A stretch of 64,000 bases of DNA from NCBI RefSeq assembly GCF_009914755.1, contig NC_060929.1, one strand, 5' to 3'. Position 1 is the first letter of the stretch. Each line of letters starts with the position of its first letter. Position numbers and translations under genes: made by a program. Below are positions 24,721-37,749 of this stretch, in pieces. The notes below the pieces were generated by a model. It saw only the letters and a program-made list of their open reading frames with translations, was not told the DNA's origin and did not search any database. This DNA is from the human T2T-CHM13v2.0 reference genome, Homo sapiens.

Positions 24721-24942
24721 AACCAACAAGCCGAAGGAAACCAATAGATCTAGGTTAAATGAGTAAGGCTAGAAACCAGCGTTAATGGGAGGTAAAACTT
24801 AAGCGTGCATAAAACGTTTAAGTGACCGGCTCATTCGTAAGTATTTTTGTGTTATGAAGATTTTTACTTCTCTATCAAACCTTGTAACCTCAGAGAATTG
24901 AATAATGACACTTAGTTGTCAAATTCAAGATAACCGACAAGA

Positions 24943-25084
24943 GACCGGGCGTGGTGGCTCACACCTGTAATACCAGCACTTTGGGAGGCCGAGGCCAGCG
25001 AATCACCTGAGGTCAGGAGTTCTAGACCAGCCTAACCATCATGGCGGAAACCCAATTTCTACTAAAAATAATAATAATAATAAT
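24943..25084 (+). mobile_element. AluS left monomer only, with (AAT)n tail
   Basis: gaccgggcgtggtggctcac...tctactaaaaat; TSD aagataaccgacaaga (24927-24942) / aaaataactgacaaga (25085-25100). Confidence 0.9.
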
Positions 25085-25269
25085 AAAATAACTGACAAGA
25101 ATTTCTAAAGTAGTTCAGAATAGAAAGCTTACTAAGTTGATTCATTTAATGGTTACCCTTGATATTTTAACATGTACTATTACATGTTAACATGTACCCA
25201 CTAAATGTCTAGATCTCATTGATACTTCATTTAACTCCTGAACAATAATAGCTTTTCAGTGTTTGGACT

Positions 25270-28166
25270 CTGGTTACCTCCTTCCTGATGCATAGGCTAC
25301 TGTTCATCATTTTAGTTCTATCTTGTTACTTTTAGTCATTTATATTTACTATACTTACAGACACTGTTGGGTTTATTTTTAGCACCTTCCTATTTGTTTT
25401 TCTATTTGTACTATCTCTTCTTTCTTCCTTTATTTCTTCATTCCTGTCTTTTCAAAAATTAAGTAAATAGTTTTATTATTGTATTTTTTTCCTTATATTG
25501 GCTTCTTGTTTCACATTCCTGAATTTTGTGCAGTGGTTACCCTAGAAGTTTTAATATATATATTTAGTTTATTATAGTGTATTTTTAAGTTAAGACTTTT
25601 ACTTCTTCCTGAACAATGCAAGAACTTTACAACAGTTAAACTCCTGTACCCACTTCTTTCTTTTTGTGCTGTTGTTAAACATTTTACTTCTGCATAGTTA
25701 TAAATCTGATAAGACATTATTGTCATTTTAAACAGCCAATATTCTTTTATACTAACCCAAATATCTCTCCTTTGTAGTGTTTTTCATTCCTTCTTGCAAT
25801 TTTGTGTTTCTGGATTGAATAATTTTCCTTCAGCCTGAAGATTCTTATTTGGTATGTCCTTTAGTGTCAGTGTGATGGCACTAAATTTTTGCTGATTTTC
25901 AGCATTTGTGTGTCTGAAAATGTCTTTATTTTGTTTCATTTTTGCAGGATTTTTTGCTGTGTATATAACACAAGAGTGGCAGTGTTCTTTTCCTCTTACT
26001 TTAGCATTTTAAAGATTTTTCTAGAGTCCATCAGTGTTTGTTGAAAAATCCACCTTATTGGTGCTTCCTTGAAGGTAATGTCTTTTTTCTTTGTTACTGC
26101 TTTTGAGAACTTCTCTTTACCTTTGTTTTCGGCATTTTGACTATGATATGTGTAGTTATGATTTTCTTTGTGTTTAACTTTTTGGAGGGCTTGGTGGGCT
26201 TCTTGAATCAATGAGTTGGTTTCTCTCATCAATTTTCGGAAACTCTTGATCATTGTCTTTCCAAATTTTGCTTCTGCCCAGTTTCTCTTCTTGCCTTCTG
26301 GGACTCCAATTATGTGTATGTTAGACCTTTGATAATGCCCCATGTGTTACTCATACTGTTGTCTTTTAATGTTCCTTTCTCTTTTCTCTCTGGTTTTAAT
26401 TGGAATTTTACCTATTGTTCTGTCTTTAAGTCACTGACCCTATAGTCTGCTATGTCCAGTCTGCTGTAAACCCATATAGTAAGTTTGTACTATTTTATTG
26501 ATTCCAAGTAACTATTAACAGATACTAGATTTGAGAAGGCTATATGTTTTTGTTCATTTTGCCCATCTTTTTCTCTATTCTCTTTAACAGAATAACCATA
26601 GTCAAAGTCCTGTCTGATGAATACAATAGCTGGGTCATCTATGGATCTGTTTTTATTGTTAGCTTTCTTTTTCTCTTTGCTTTGCTTCTTTTCTTTTCTC
26701 TTCTTGCTTTTTCACATGCCTCATAATTTTGACCATAAGCTGGACATTGTATGTAAAAGAACTGTGGAGGTTTCAGCTGATACATTCCACCAGAGCAGCT
26801 TCCCCCTTTCCTCTGTTGGAGAGTCAGGGTGAAGGCTGATGACCTCAGTCTAGTCAGAAATTTAAGAGGATTGCAGTTTGAGAAAGACTGAATCGACCAC
26901 CTCTGGCTTTTCCCATTTCCTTGTGTGGTCTTCATGGCTTTGGCTGGGAGCCTAGCTAGTCTCTGTCTCCTCAGCCCTAAAAGCCTGAAGAGATTCAGTC
27001 CTGCTCTTTAGAAGTTTTGAGCTTTTCTGGCTATCTTCAAAATCTGGCAAATATCTTGAGGGGAAAAACAGGGATTTATGTCAGGCCCTTTCTCTCTCTC
27101 ATGGAATGTTGTCTCCTAAGTCCCGTGAGTTTAGCAGAAATTTCATTCCAACCTTCCATCCTCATTTCCCAGCCACCTGAGCTGCATAGAGCACTTAGCA
27201 GTGTCCTATGCGTTAAAGCCAACAGTCACTTGGCTTCTTATATTTCAGGCTTCTCTTGTTTCCAATCCATCATGCCAGCCCTGCACAACTGCCAAAAGTG
27301 CTGCTTGGTTTCTGCTTTCTCCAGTAGACAACCTCTGCTTGGGCCAATGCCAGTCCTCAACCCACGTCCAGAATCAGCAGTTGCCCACAGGGAAGAAAAC
27401 TGTCAGGAGTTATCAGCCTACAGAGGACCCACTTTGTCCTCATTTCCACAGCTTTCTGATGTCTTCAAATTTTCTATTTTTGCGGCTTTTCTTTTTTTTT
27501 CTTAATAGTTGTTGCAGTAGGGGAGTCAGCCTGCCACAATCTACTACATCTTACCTGGAAGCAATACCTTATCTTGTTATTTTTAAGTCAACAAATTAGA
27601 CATTATTATTATTAATATATACAGCAATATTTAGAGTCACTCGCACATAAATATTAATTTAGAGTTAATCACATATTTGCTTTGTATTCCTTTTTGAATC
27701 TCTGACTTTCTATCTGTGCTAATTTTCCTTCTGACTAAGCCACATCTTTTAGAATTTCCTCTGTGAGGACCTGTTTTATTTATTCAAACATAAAAAATTT
27801 GTTTGCTCTCATTCTTGAAATGTAATTTCACTAAGTATTCATTTACAGTTGGTCAATTGTTTCCTCTTGACACATGGAAAATATCATTCCTCTGCCTCTG
27901 GCTTTCATTGTTATTGTTGAGAAGACAGATGTTAGCCTAATTGCTATTTATTTGTAGATGGTCTAACTTTTCTCTCTAACTACTTTTAATATTTCTCCGT
28001 CACAGGTTGTGATGTTACTTTCATCTTCTGGAATTGTTCTTCCACATCTTATCATCGTCTTCCATTATTTCCATCTTTGTCTCTCTAGCTTGTTTTATTT
28101 ATAACTATCTAAGAGTTTACTAATTGTCTCCTTAGTTCTTTGCTCCATCTATATCTGTCCATTGTG
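25270..28166 (-). mobile_element. Old L1M 5' region (ORF1 remnant and UTR pieces)
   Basis: ORF 25996-26343 encodes RSNIHIIGVPEG...IQEA...KEK...ITFKEAPIR, an L1 ORF1p signature; T-rich strand bias. Confidence 0.85.
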
Positions 28167-28177
28167 ACTTAAAATTT

Positions 28178-28924
28178 CCTTTTTTTAACTTTTATTTTAA
28201 GTTTAGGGGTACATGTGCAGGATGTGCAGGTTTGTTGCATAGGTAAATATGTGTCATGGGGGTTTGTTGAACAGATTATTTCATCATCCACATATTAAGC
28301 TTAGTATCCATTAGTTATTTTTCCTGATCCTCTCCCTCCTCCCACCCTCTGGTGGGCCCCAGTATGCATTGTTCCCATCTATGTGTCCTTGTGTTCTCAT
28401 CATTTAGCTCACACTTATAAGTGAGAACATGTGGTATTCAGTTTTCTGCTCCTGTGTTAGTTTGCTAAGGATAATGGCCTCCAGCTCCATCCATGTTCCT
28501 GCAAAGGACATAATCCCCTTTTTAATGGCTGCATAGCATTTCATGGTGTATATATACCTCATTTTCTTTATCCTGTCTATTGCTGATGGACATTTAGGTT
28601 GATTCCATATCTCTGCTATTGTGAATAGTGCTACAATGAACATACGCGTGCAGCTGTCTTTATAATAGAATAATTTCCATTCTTTTAGGTATATACCCAG
28701 TAGTGGGATTTCTGGGTCGAATAGTATTTCTGTCTCTAGGTTTTTGAGAAATCTCCACGCTGTCTTCCACAATGTTTGAACTAATTTACACTCCCACCAA
28801 CAGTATAACATCGCTCCTTTTTCTGCACAACCTCGCCAGCATCTGTTATTTTTTGACTTTTTAATAGTAGCCATTCTAACTGGTGTGAGATGGTATCTCA
28901 TTGTGGTTTTGATTTGCATTTCTC
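28178..28924 (-). mobile_element. 5'-truncated primate L1 (older L1PA) 3' end
   Basis: ORF2 C-terminus [15 protein letters not shown]...CWRGC...CWWEC...WNQPKCP plus 3' UTR and T tail; TSD acttaaaattt (28167-28177, 28925-28935). Confidence 0.95.
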
Positions 28925-28935
28925 ACTTAAAATTT

Positions 28936-29640
28936 TGAACTAATGTATTTTTCATTTCTAGATGCTCTATATGGTTATTTTTCAAATCTGCTAAGACATT
29001 TTTATAGTGTCTTATTACTTGCTGAAATGTTCAAACCTCTTTTATTTCATTAAGCATATAAATTTTGCCATCTCATTTTCTGTGCTAATAAAAATTCTAA
29101 TATCGGAAGCTTTAATAATCAGATTCTGCTATCTCTTTTTCCTGCAAGCCTTATCTCACAGTACCTTGTTTTCTTGTGTGTTTTACAATTGTTGACAGTG
29201 AATATTCTTTAGAACTTTATCCTTGATAATTATTAGAGGAATGAATTAAAATTTCACTTCTCCGGAAAGTACTGTGTTTGCACCTTTTAATAACTCAAGA
29301 GAGGTAACAACCCAAGTTCATTTTCAATTAAAATTTTCATTTGAGGTTTTTCAGACCACAAACCCATGTGAGAGCTCACATATGGTTACAAATTCTTGAA
29401 GAAAATGAGGCTCCTTCCTTCCCCATCCACCTTCCTAGTACCAAAGTCAGGACAGACAGGTTTTCTGTGTTAGTTCACTTCTCATTCACCTTTGTATTAA
29501 AGGTCTAGCTCTTTGAGGTTCAAGTTTTATGTTGGGACCTCTTCCCACTTGGTAGGGCCTGGGTTTTACCTACTGGGTTTCTAAGCATATTTTGTGGTTA
29601 ACATCAGAGGCCAGGAGACTCATCAGTGTATAATTAATTC
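28936..29640 (-). mobile_element. Continuation of old L1M
   Basis: tatttttcatttctagatgctctatatggttatttttcaaatctgc continues the interrupted L1M. Confidence 0.6.
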
Positions 29641-30121
29641 TTGTATAACTAATTATTTAAAGGCAGTGGACCTATTCACTAGCACCCTGCTTTCGGAGTC
29701 ACTGAATTCATGTTTGCCCTCAGCTAAAGCCATCCTGAACCTCTTTAGATGGGAGAACCCTGATGCTGGTACCTGTAGCATGGGGGCTGGGGCTGGAGAA
29801 GCCAAGTAGTACACTAGGGACCTCACGGTCACTGTGAGGGATGGGGGTCTCTGCTTGGCTTCTGAACACCCAAAAGTAAGCTCTTCTGCCTTCACTCCAT
29901 GTCCACTGGAGCCTGGGATCCTCTCATAAGAAGCTATATTTACTCTAATGAAAAAAAATCTCACCTGGGCTGAAAAAGCGTATGCTATACATGAGCCTTG
30001 GTTAACCTAAACTTTCATCCAGAGTTTCAAGGATTAAATTCCTAAGTTCTTTTTAAAGCAAAGAGAAGTTAGTTCCAGTCCTAGGCCATGATAATGCTCT
30101 TGGCTGAGAAAACCTCCTTCG

Positions 30122-30272
30122 TTTTTTTAAAATATGGATTCTGAGGGTGCAAGTGCAGTTTCGTTATATGGAAGTATTGCACAGTGATGAAGCCATGGCT
30201 TTTAGTGTACCCATCATCCATATAGTGTACATTGTACCCAACAGGTAATTCACCATCCCTCAACCCCCCTCC
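30122..30272 (-). mobile_element. L1 3'-end fragment (L1PB4/L1MA-like)
   Basis: gcttttagtgtacccatcatccatatagtgtacattgtacccaacaggtaatt. Confidence 0.8.
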
Positions 30273-30419
30273 TCTGTTTTAAGGAACTGGCATTTATGCA
30301 ACTAATTGATAAAATTATCATCTGTCTCTTAACCAGATTAATAGTATAATTAAGGAAATCTGGGATGATGATAGCAGGTTTACTGTTGATGAAACCATTG
30401 AACACTTGATTTAACCCAT

Positions 30420-30630
30420 TAACAGTGTTTCTGAAAGTATGTTCCTTGAAACACTAGACCATGAAAAGTCCTTTATGTTGAAATATGCTTAAGAAATATT
30501 ATATGCTTGAAACTTCTCTTGGAAACTCACGAAGTATATTAGACATTAAAGGCTCTAAGAAATCCTGCAATAAAGAAGCCTATTTAATTTTATTTGACTC
30601 GGTGTTTTCAAATTATGTGTGACCACAGAA
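30420..30630. mobile_element. hAT-Charlie fragment (MER103-like)
   Basis: cagtgtttctgaaagtatgttcc...attaaaggctctaagaaatcctgcaataaagaagcc...gaccacagaa. Confidence 0.55.
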
Positions 30631-31230
30631 ATAGAAGGAACTTGGAGGAGTAATAATTCATTTTTTGGGTAGAATTCACTACTGTCACAGATATTTGTAT
30701 GCTGTCAATGAACATTTAAATGTGGATTATAGAGAAAGTAAGATTTATTCAACAAATATTTGCTGAAAGTCCACTATGTGCTTACCACTTTGAGTATACA
30801 TCGGTGAATAAAAAAGATATAGTTCTGTCTCATGGAGCTTGTAGGAGCATTGGACTGTCGTGGAGGCATTAAGAAAGAAGTAGCAAGTGCCTAGAATCCA
30901 GCTGCCCCTCAAATTGTTGGATCACAGCCGTGGAACAGGCCCCAGAGCTGGGAAGTTGACTGGGCAGTTGGCTGTTGTATCCAGCCTGGGAGATGCAAAA
31001 TTTATTGACATAACTGTACCCCTCAAGAGGACCATAAAGAAGACCAAGCAGAAACACACTTGGTTCTGGAACAGAAAAAAGTTTATCTAGGAAAGGAAGT
31101 TTAGGAAAGACTGTTAGATAAGAAACTGGGTGGTTTTTAAGGCTTGCAGAATCTCTTATTGATCTGAGAATTCCTCCCAAAACAATCCCTCTAAAAGTGC
31201 CTGATTCATAATCCAGTGAATGTTAACAGG

Positions 31231-31642
31231 AATGACGATGATGATTATGATGGTGATGATGATGGCAATGATGATGATGGTGATGATGATGGTGATGACA
31301 ATGATGGTGATGATGATGGTGATGATGATGGCAATGATGATGATGGTGATAATGATGATGGTGATGACAATGATGGTGATGATGATGGTGATGATGATGG
31401 CAATGATGATGATGATGGTGATGACAATGATGGTGATGATGATGGTGATGACAATGATGGTAACAGTGATGATGACAATGACAATACTGGTGATGATGAT
31501 GGTGATGACAATGATGGTAACAGTGATGATGATAATGACAGTACTGATGATGATGATGATGGTGATGATGATGACAATAATGGTGATGACAAGGTTGATG
31601 ATAATGGTGGTGATGGTGATATTGGTGATGGCAATGATGATA
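31231..31642 (+). repeat. Compound (GAT/GGT/GAC/AAT)n trinucleotide repeat
   Basis: About 410 bp of in-phase triplets dominated by GAT. Confidence 0.98.
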
Positions 31643-32430
31643 GAGTTTAATCTGCAACTCCTTCCCTTCACTCAATGCTATGGCCAATTGGCCACCAAGA
31701 ACTGTGAGTCTACTTCATAAGTAACTAACTCTTAAGCTCATCCTTTAATTTCTTTGGAACAGGGCTTAACCTTTCTCAACAGCCCCCTCATCTCATTTAC
31801 CTTCTTTCAGTGTGTGTTCTTCCAATCTGTCTCCACACTGTGCCAATGTAAGCTTCCTAAAGTTTAAGTCTGGGTACAGGCGCACTCACTCACTCCGTGC
31901 ACTTTTACACTTTTATGCCTTTTTTGTGTTCTTCTCTACTTGTGTTTTCTCCTTCTTGTCTTTTAGCAAGACATGTACTCATCCTTCAGGGTCCAGCTCA
32001 ATGGTGAGAGCCTCTCTGGGGCTTTGGCTGATCTCACCCTGGAATGCACTGCAATGTTCCTTTGCCTAGGTTCCTGCAATGCTTTCTCCATTTATCTGTA
32101 TAACCCTCACCACTTCTAAGATTACGTTATTATCTGAGTCTGTGGTGAGGGAACATACCACATCTGACCTACGGTTCATTGCCAGCCCCCTCCCAGAGTG
32201 GAACACTGAAGGCACATGGGCAACTGTTGCAAACGTGCAGGGTAAATGCACCCCCATGGAGTGACAGCTATGCAGACCAGAGCCCCCTTCTCCCAGGTTC
32301 TGTGTTGCCCACACCTTTCTTGACAGTCCTGGGCCAGGGCTTCCCCAGGTTTGGAATCCAGATGAGTCTGAAAGCAAATGTCATTCTCTTTCCTTCACCA
32401 CACAGTAGCATTTGTTCTTGCCAAGGTAGC

Positions 32431-32852
32431 TGTGTGTGTGTGTGTGTGCATGTGTGTGTGTGCTTGAGTGACTGTGAGTGGTTGTGAGAGTGTGGATGAG
32501 AGTGTGTATGTGTGGCGTGTGACTGTGTATATGAGTGCATGTGTTTGAGTGTGTATATGCGTGTGTGTGTATGTGTAGGTGTATGAATGTGAGTGTGTGT
32601 ATGTTCAAGTATGTGTGTGAATGTGAGTATGTGATGTTTGAGTGTACGTGTTAGTGCATGTGTGAGACTGTGTGTTTGAGTGTGTGTGTGTATATGAATG
32701 TGTACGAGTGTGTGAGTGTGTGTATGTATGAGTACACGTATGAATGTGAGTGTGCATGTGTGTCTGAGTGTGTGTATGTGTTTGAGTGTGTGAGCGTGTG
32801 TTGTGTGCGTATGTGTGTGTGAGTGTGAGAGAGAATGTGTGTGTGTGTGTGT
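32431..32852 (+). repeat. Compound (TG)n microsatellite
   Basis: About 420 bp of TG with TA/GA/CA interruptions. Confidence 0.97.
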
Positions 32853-33034
32853 TCATGCCGATGTTCACGATGGGCTGGAGGGAGGACCAGTCCCCTACTG
32901 CGTAGATCGAGGATGCTGCCTTTACCCAGTCTTCATGAAGTTATAAAAATTACAGCCATTTGTCACAGGTCTCTCAACACAGCACTGGGCCCTGGGAGGA
33001 CCAGGCCACATCTCTTGGCGTCTGAAATAAATGA

Positions 33035-33640
33035 ACTCATTTATTCACACATTGAGGCCACACATGTTTGTTGCAAGTCTGTGGCCAGGCACAGGGCTGG
33101 GAGCTGGGGAATAAAGAGCTGACCCAAACAGCAGAACCAGTTTGCGTTTTCATGGAATTCATGATCCGCTGCTCTGACAGTGGGCATGGGTCAGACAATG
33201 ACCAAGTAAACAGATCAGTAAGATCATTTGGAGAAACGAGAAGGGATCCAAAGGAAAGAAAGCAGGAGGCCACGAGGAGGGGAGTGTGGAGGAGTGAGGG
33301 GCTGCTTTAAATTCAGAAATCCTTGAAGACTGTCTAAGGAGGTGGCGTTTGTGTTCGGGCTTCCATAACAGGTAGGGGGAAGATGGAAGGCTGCTCCAGA
33401 CCAGTCAGGGAGAAGGGGAGTGAGGGTGGTTGTGGTTGGACCACAGGAAATGCAGGAAATGAAAGGGAGGGTGGTAGGAAAGGCAAGGGCTAGACCGCAC
33501 AGGGCCTTTGGGGCCAGCGAAGGAAGTGGATTCTATCCTGAGTGCAACTGGAGGCCACTAGAAGGGCTTACGCAGGACTGACAGGCTCCGATTGATGCTT
33601 CCCAAGTTCAGCCGTGCTGCAGGGCAGGAACTGTAGGAGG
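33035..33640 (-). mobile_element. L2 LINE 3' portion
   Basis: tcatttattca...gccaggcacagggctgggagctgggga...ggattctatcctgagtgcaactggaggccactagaaggg. Confidence 0.75.
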
Positions 33641-34129
33641 AGATAGCGTGGCCCAGAAAGGCAGTCAGGAGCTGTCCAGGCCAGCTGACGCTGACGATGA
33701 GTGGGGCCCAGAGCTTAGACTCCCTGAGACTCAGCCCTCCTCTCCCGCAGGACCCCAGCAGCCAGCCTTGGAGGGCTCCCAAAGAATGACATCACCCTCA
33801 GCTCCCAGCTGCTTGATATGCAGGGAATTCCTCCCAAGGCTATGCAGAGGCCTCAGGCTTCAGCAGCAAGCTGCGGCCCGTGCCTGGGGGAGAGAGGAGG
33901 GGAAAATCGTAACCCCAGCAGCACCTCCTCCCGTGACCTAGACTCTGGGCCAGACACCACAGGCATTTTCTGGATAATCCTCACAACTGCCCCATGAGGG
34001 ACACCTCTGTCGAATCATAAAATCCTGAACAGGGAAGGATGCCTGGAGATCATGTGACCTGTACCCCTGTGTCGAAACCTGTGTATTCCTGGTTCTTGTT
34101 TATTTATTCATCATATCCTTAAATAACAC

Positions 34130-34335
34130 CCTTACTACTTTTCAATCACTTGACCAATATTAATTTTCATAGCCACTTCAGAAGGTCAGAACTATCATTA
34201 TTCCCATTTCATGGATGAGGAAAACTGAGGCCCAGAAAGGCAAAGTAACTTCTCCAAGGTAGCACTGGCCATCATTTACATCTAGGCAGACTGACCCAGA
34301 ATCCATGTTCTTCTAGGCTGTACATGATACCACCT
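34130..34335 (-). mobile_element. MIR SINE
   Basis: attattcccatttcatggatgaggaaaactgaggcccagaaagg...ccaaggt. Confidence 0.85.
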
Positions 34336-34473
34336 GCTCTCGGTTGTTCATGAGCTGGCACAGTGGAAAGAGCTCTCCTCAGCGGGCTGGAGCATCTCTT
34401 GTACGCCCAGAGGTGTGGGTGAGCTGTTCTGTGGCACAATTGTCATCCTGGGGTCTGCGACGGTAAGACTCAC

Positions 34474-34550
34474 CTCAGAGGAAGGGCTGGCCTTTCATTC
34501 CTAGCTGCAATTCCTTACAAGTAAGAAGGAGAGGGCCTCAAACAGGAAAC
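34474..34550 (-). other. Candidate 77-nt exon
   Basis: Minus-strand acceptor ttcacctcttcaccccag|G and consensus donor GAG|GTGAGT. Confidence 0.4.
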
Positions 34551-34859
34551 CTGGGGTGAAGAGGTGAACCTCAGATGCCTATCTTGTTTAACCTTCTGTC
34601 TCCAGGCTTAGCACAGTGCCTGGTACAGAGGAAGTCCTCAGTAACATTGTTGAGTGAACGGATGGATAGATGTGTGTGGACCCGGGTTCATCCTTCACAT
34701 GAGAAAGTCCGTGAGATGTTTACATCCAACTCAATATCTAGCACATACAGGTGGACAAGGCAGAAAGGCAATGTCATGGCTCTTGCCCTCACACTCTAGG
34801 GCCTAGACTGGTGTGACAATGTCCATGCTTACATGTCCTGTCTAAGGAAAGCAGCTCCC

Positions 34860-35040
34860 GTTGGTCATGCCTGTGGAAATGTGGCCCTGTATGGCCAGCT
34901 CTTCTGATTTTTCATAAGAACCTGGATGGACAGATGCCATGCAAAGTTTTTTTTTTAAATTTTTTAAAAATCGTGTGTATCCCAAAGAAAATATTATCTA
35001 AGGGTGAAATCCAGCCCAGGGGGCACTAGTTTGAGATGCC
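34860..35040. mobile_element. MER102-like hAT fragment
   Basis: ggccagctcttctgatttttcataagaacc...cagcccagggggcactagtttgaga. Confidence 0.5.
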
Positions 35041-36189
35041 AGGTCTGGGATCAGTAGCAGGTGGCCCAGAATGGGGACTGGGTTGGTGAAGACTAAGAAG
35101 AATGAGAAGCTCCCTGGAGCCTCCGAGAGGAAGGTACATTTTGCATGCCAGCTTATCCGGATTCGAGACTTGCTCGATGTTTATTTTCTGGTTGTCACTC
35201 CAGGATTTTAGTTAAGTCTTGTCTAACATTGCAGCCAGGCTCAGCCATTCTGTAGGAGGATTAAAGGATGGGACTGTGTATAAAATTGGGCCAGGATGGC
35301 AAGCGAGGGAGCAGCTCTTGAGGCCAGAAGAGTGGGGGAAGATGGCTTGATGACAGACGGAATCTCAGGCACCTGAAGAGTCTTAGAAGCCAGATTTGGG
35401 GCTGAGCCGCCCTTCCCCAAGTGGAGATTCACCAGCCATGGCCAGACTCGAGGATGTGAGATTTATTTTTCTTAAGATAGCAAATGTCTTTGCAGGCATG
35501 CTTCCCAGTTGGGAAATTCTTTTTATGCTCCATGTAATCCGTCTGCCAGAGCCTCCTTTGACTCTGTTTATCGGTTCTCTTCCTGTATGTGTCATGCTCT
35601 CCTTCCCTCTCTCCTCTTCTCCCCTTCTCGTCACCACCCCTTTGCTCTGCACCACCCAGAGCCTGTTAGGAAGAAAGGGGGGATACACTCATCCTGGCTC
35701 CATTTAGGGTGGGCTTTTAATCCAGACATGTCGCTGACACCAGCATTTGCACCAGGTATTTAATTAGACCAGGAAGTCCCAGGGGATTTGAGAAGCTGGC
35801 TGGCGAGGAATGGGCTCTATCTCCATATCTTATTTTGACAAGCACTGTAATTATCCCTCATTGCTGGCAGGCGGAGCAGAATCACGTTCGTTCCCAGCCC
35901 CATCTTCTCAGAACAAGAGTACTCAGGCTCCTGGTTGCTCCACCACTAAACAACTGCCTGTCTCAGTTCCCCAGCGAGACCGAGACTGAGCTCAGCCATT
36001 ACTCAGGAGATCGCAGGCGGGCGCTCAGCCTACTTTTTGACAGCATCGTGGAGGTGATTTCAGAGCGCTTGCTGCATGCACATGGGAAATAGCTTCCAAG
36101 GAGGATCTTTGGGGGCAGAAGGAATGAGGTGGGCACCATGCCCTCCAAAAAGACAGAAGTTACCCCTCCAGGAGCCAGCATGAATGGAG

Positions 36190-37070
36190 CACCTACCATG
36201 TGCCCATTTGGTATTGAATTTAATCTTCTCAATAGCACTGCCAGGTCAGTGTTATCATTCCATATTACCAATAGGGAAACTGAGGCTGTAAGTGAGGAAG
36301 CTGCAGAGTCAGTTGCAGTGGCCTCAGAATTCCGACCAAGAGCTAGCTGGCCCCACGGTTTCTTCCCTTCCTACTTTACAGCATTGTGGCTCAGGGAGAG
36401 CACACATGCCCTCATGCTCTGCCCCAAACAATTTGTGGGTGCTGGAAAGTTCTGGCCATGTCAGGAGCAAGTGCTTTCTCCCTTGCTGTGCTGCCCAAAA
36501 CTTCTTTAAGGAGGTTACCCTCATCTGTCAAACAGGGATGTCCCTGTCTGTCCCACAGAGTCTTCATGAAATGAACTGAGATGGCATATTTTAAAGCCCT
36601 GGGAAAACCGAGGCAGCCTCGGGAATGGTGACGTATCTGGTTATTGAGACTGTCTTATAATTTGGGGCGTGAAAACCTAGGGCTACAGGGACACAAGGTA
36701 ATGAGAGGAAATTGCCAAGGAAAGCGAATGCAAAGGAAACACCACCCAAGCCCAGCCTGGCTTCCAGGTACCCTCTGAACCAGCCTCCTGCCCCACTGTG
36801 GGCCAGAATAGACCAGCCTGCTAGGAAAACCTTTGGCCCACTGCAACAATGACAATCACAACAACTCAACCGTTTAGTGAACACAAAATATGTACGAGGC
36901 ACGGGATTATGCACAGGAACCACGTCCGTACATTTCATTCTCAAGATCCTATGAAGTAGGTGTTATTATCCCTATTTGATGGATGAGCAAGCTGTGGTTC
37001 ATTAAACCACATCCCCCATGTCAAACAGCAAACAAGGGGTGAGGCCAGTTGGTCTTGACAGTTTGTCAAA
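36190..37070. mobile_element. Three MIR fragments (minus 36190-36390, plus 36500-36600, minus 36860-37070)
   Basis: gggaaactgaggct; ctcatctgtcaaacaggg; cctatgaagtaggtgttattatccctatttgatggatgag. Confidence 0.7.
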
Positions 37071-37749
37071 ATCGCTGTGCTAGAAAACCACCCTCCTTAC
37101 TGGTTGTGTTCCAGGGGTTCCCAAACTCAAGTTCTTCTTGGAGGAGCTGCAAGAAATGATTTGAGGGTGATAGCAAGGAAGAATGCATCTGAGATGCCAG
37201 GCTCAGGAGATTCCTGGAGTCCTGCACTGTGTGCCCTTTGGCCCAGAAGGCCCTTGTAAGCACCTTTAGGTGTTGTCTGCATTTCCCTTCCCTTTCTGGT
37301 CAGGGACCCCAGCTCTCTCTGCATGGATTCTCCTCTCCAGGAGGTGGGGGGTGGGAGCCGATGTCAACAGGGAAGAGGGGCAGAGGAACAAGGACAGGGA
37401 TGGGGAGAGGAAGAAAGAAGGAGGTGGGATGTGGCAGCTGGGCCCGGAAGCAGGCTAGAGCCAGCTGCACAGCTCTGACAATCTAAAGTGTCTCTTCCGA
37501 TGGTCTCCATTCAGCCCCATCTGCAGATAGCTCATTTTGTGAATGAGGCCTGGGTGTTTGTTCCAGAACCTTAGCTGTGATTAGGAAAGACAGGAGCACT
37601 TGGGAGGCCCCACCTTCAATGCACCAGAGTATTTCTAGACCCTCATTCTGCAGTCAGCTCTAGCTGCCACATCAGGGAATTCTTGCTGGTCTGTAGCCTG
37701 GATTCCAATTGTGGATGTGGCCTGTTAAAACTTTCCTGGGTAGGACAGT

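Noticed and set aside
25996-26343. ORF1p-like ORF as a functional gene
   Set aside because: Short, decayed L1M fragment with a frameshifted interior
31156-31720. Long His-, Asp-, Met-, Ile- and Ser-rich ORFs
   Set aside because: Trivial translations of a (GAT)n repeat, with no promoter or splice context
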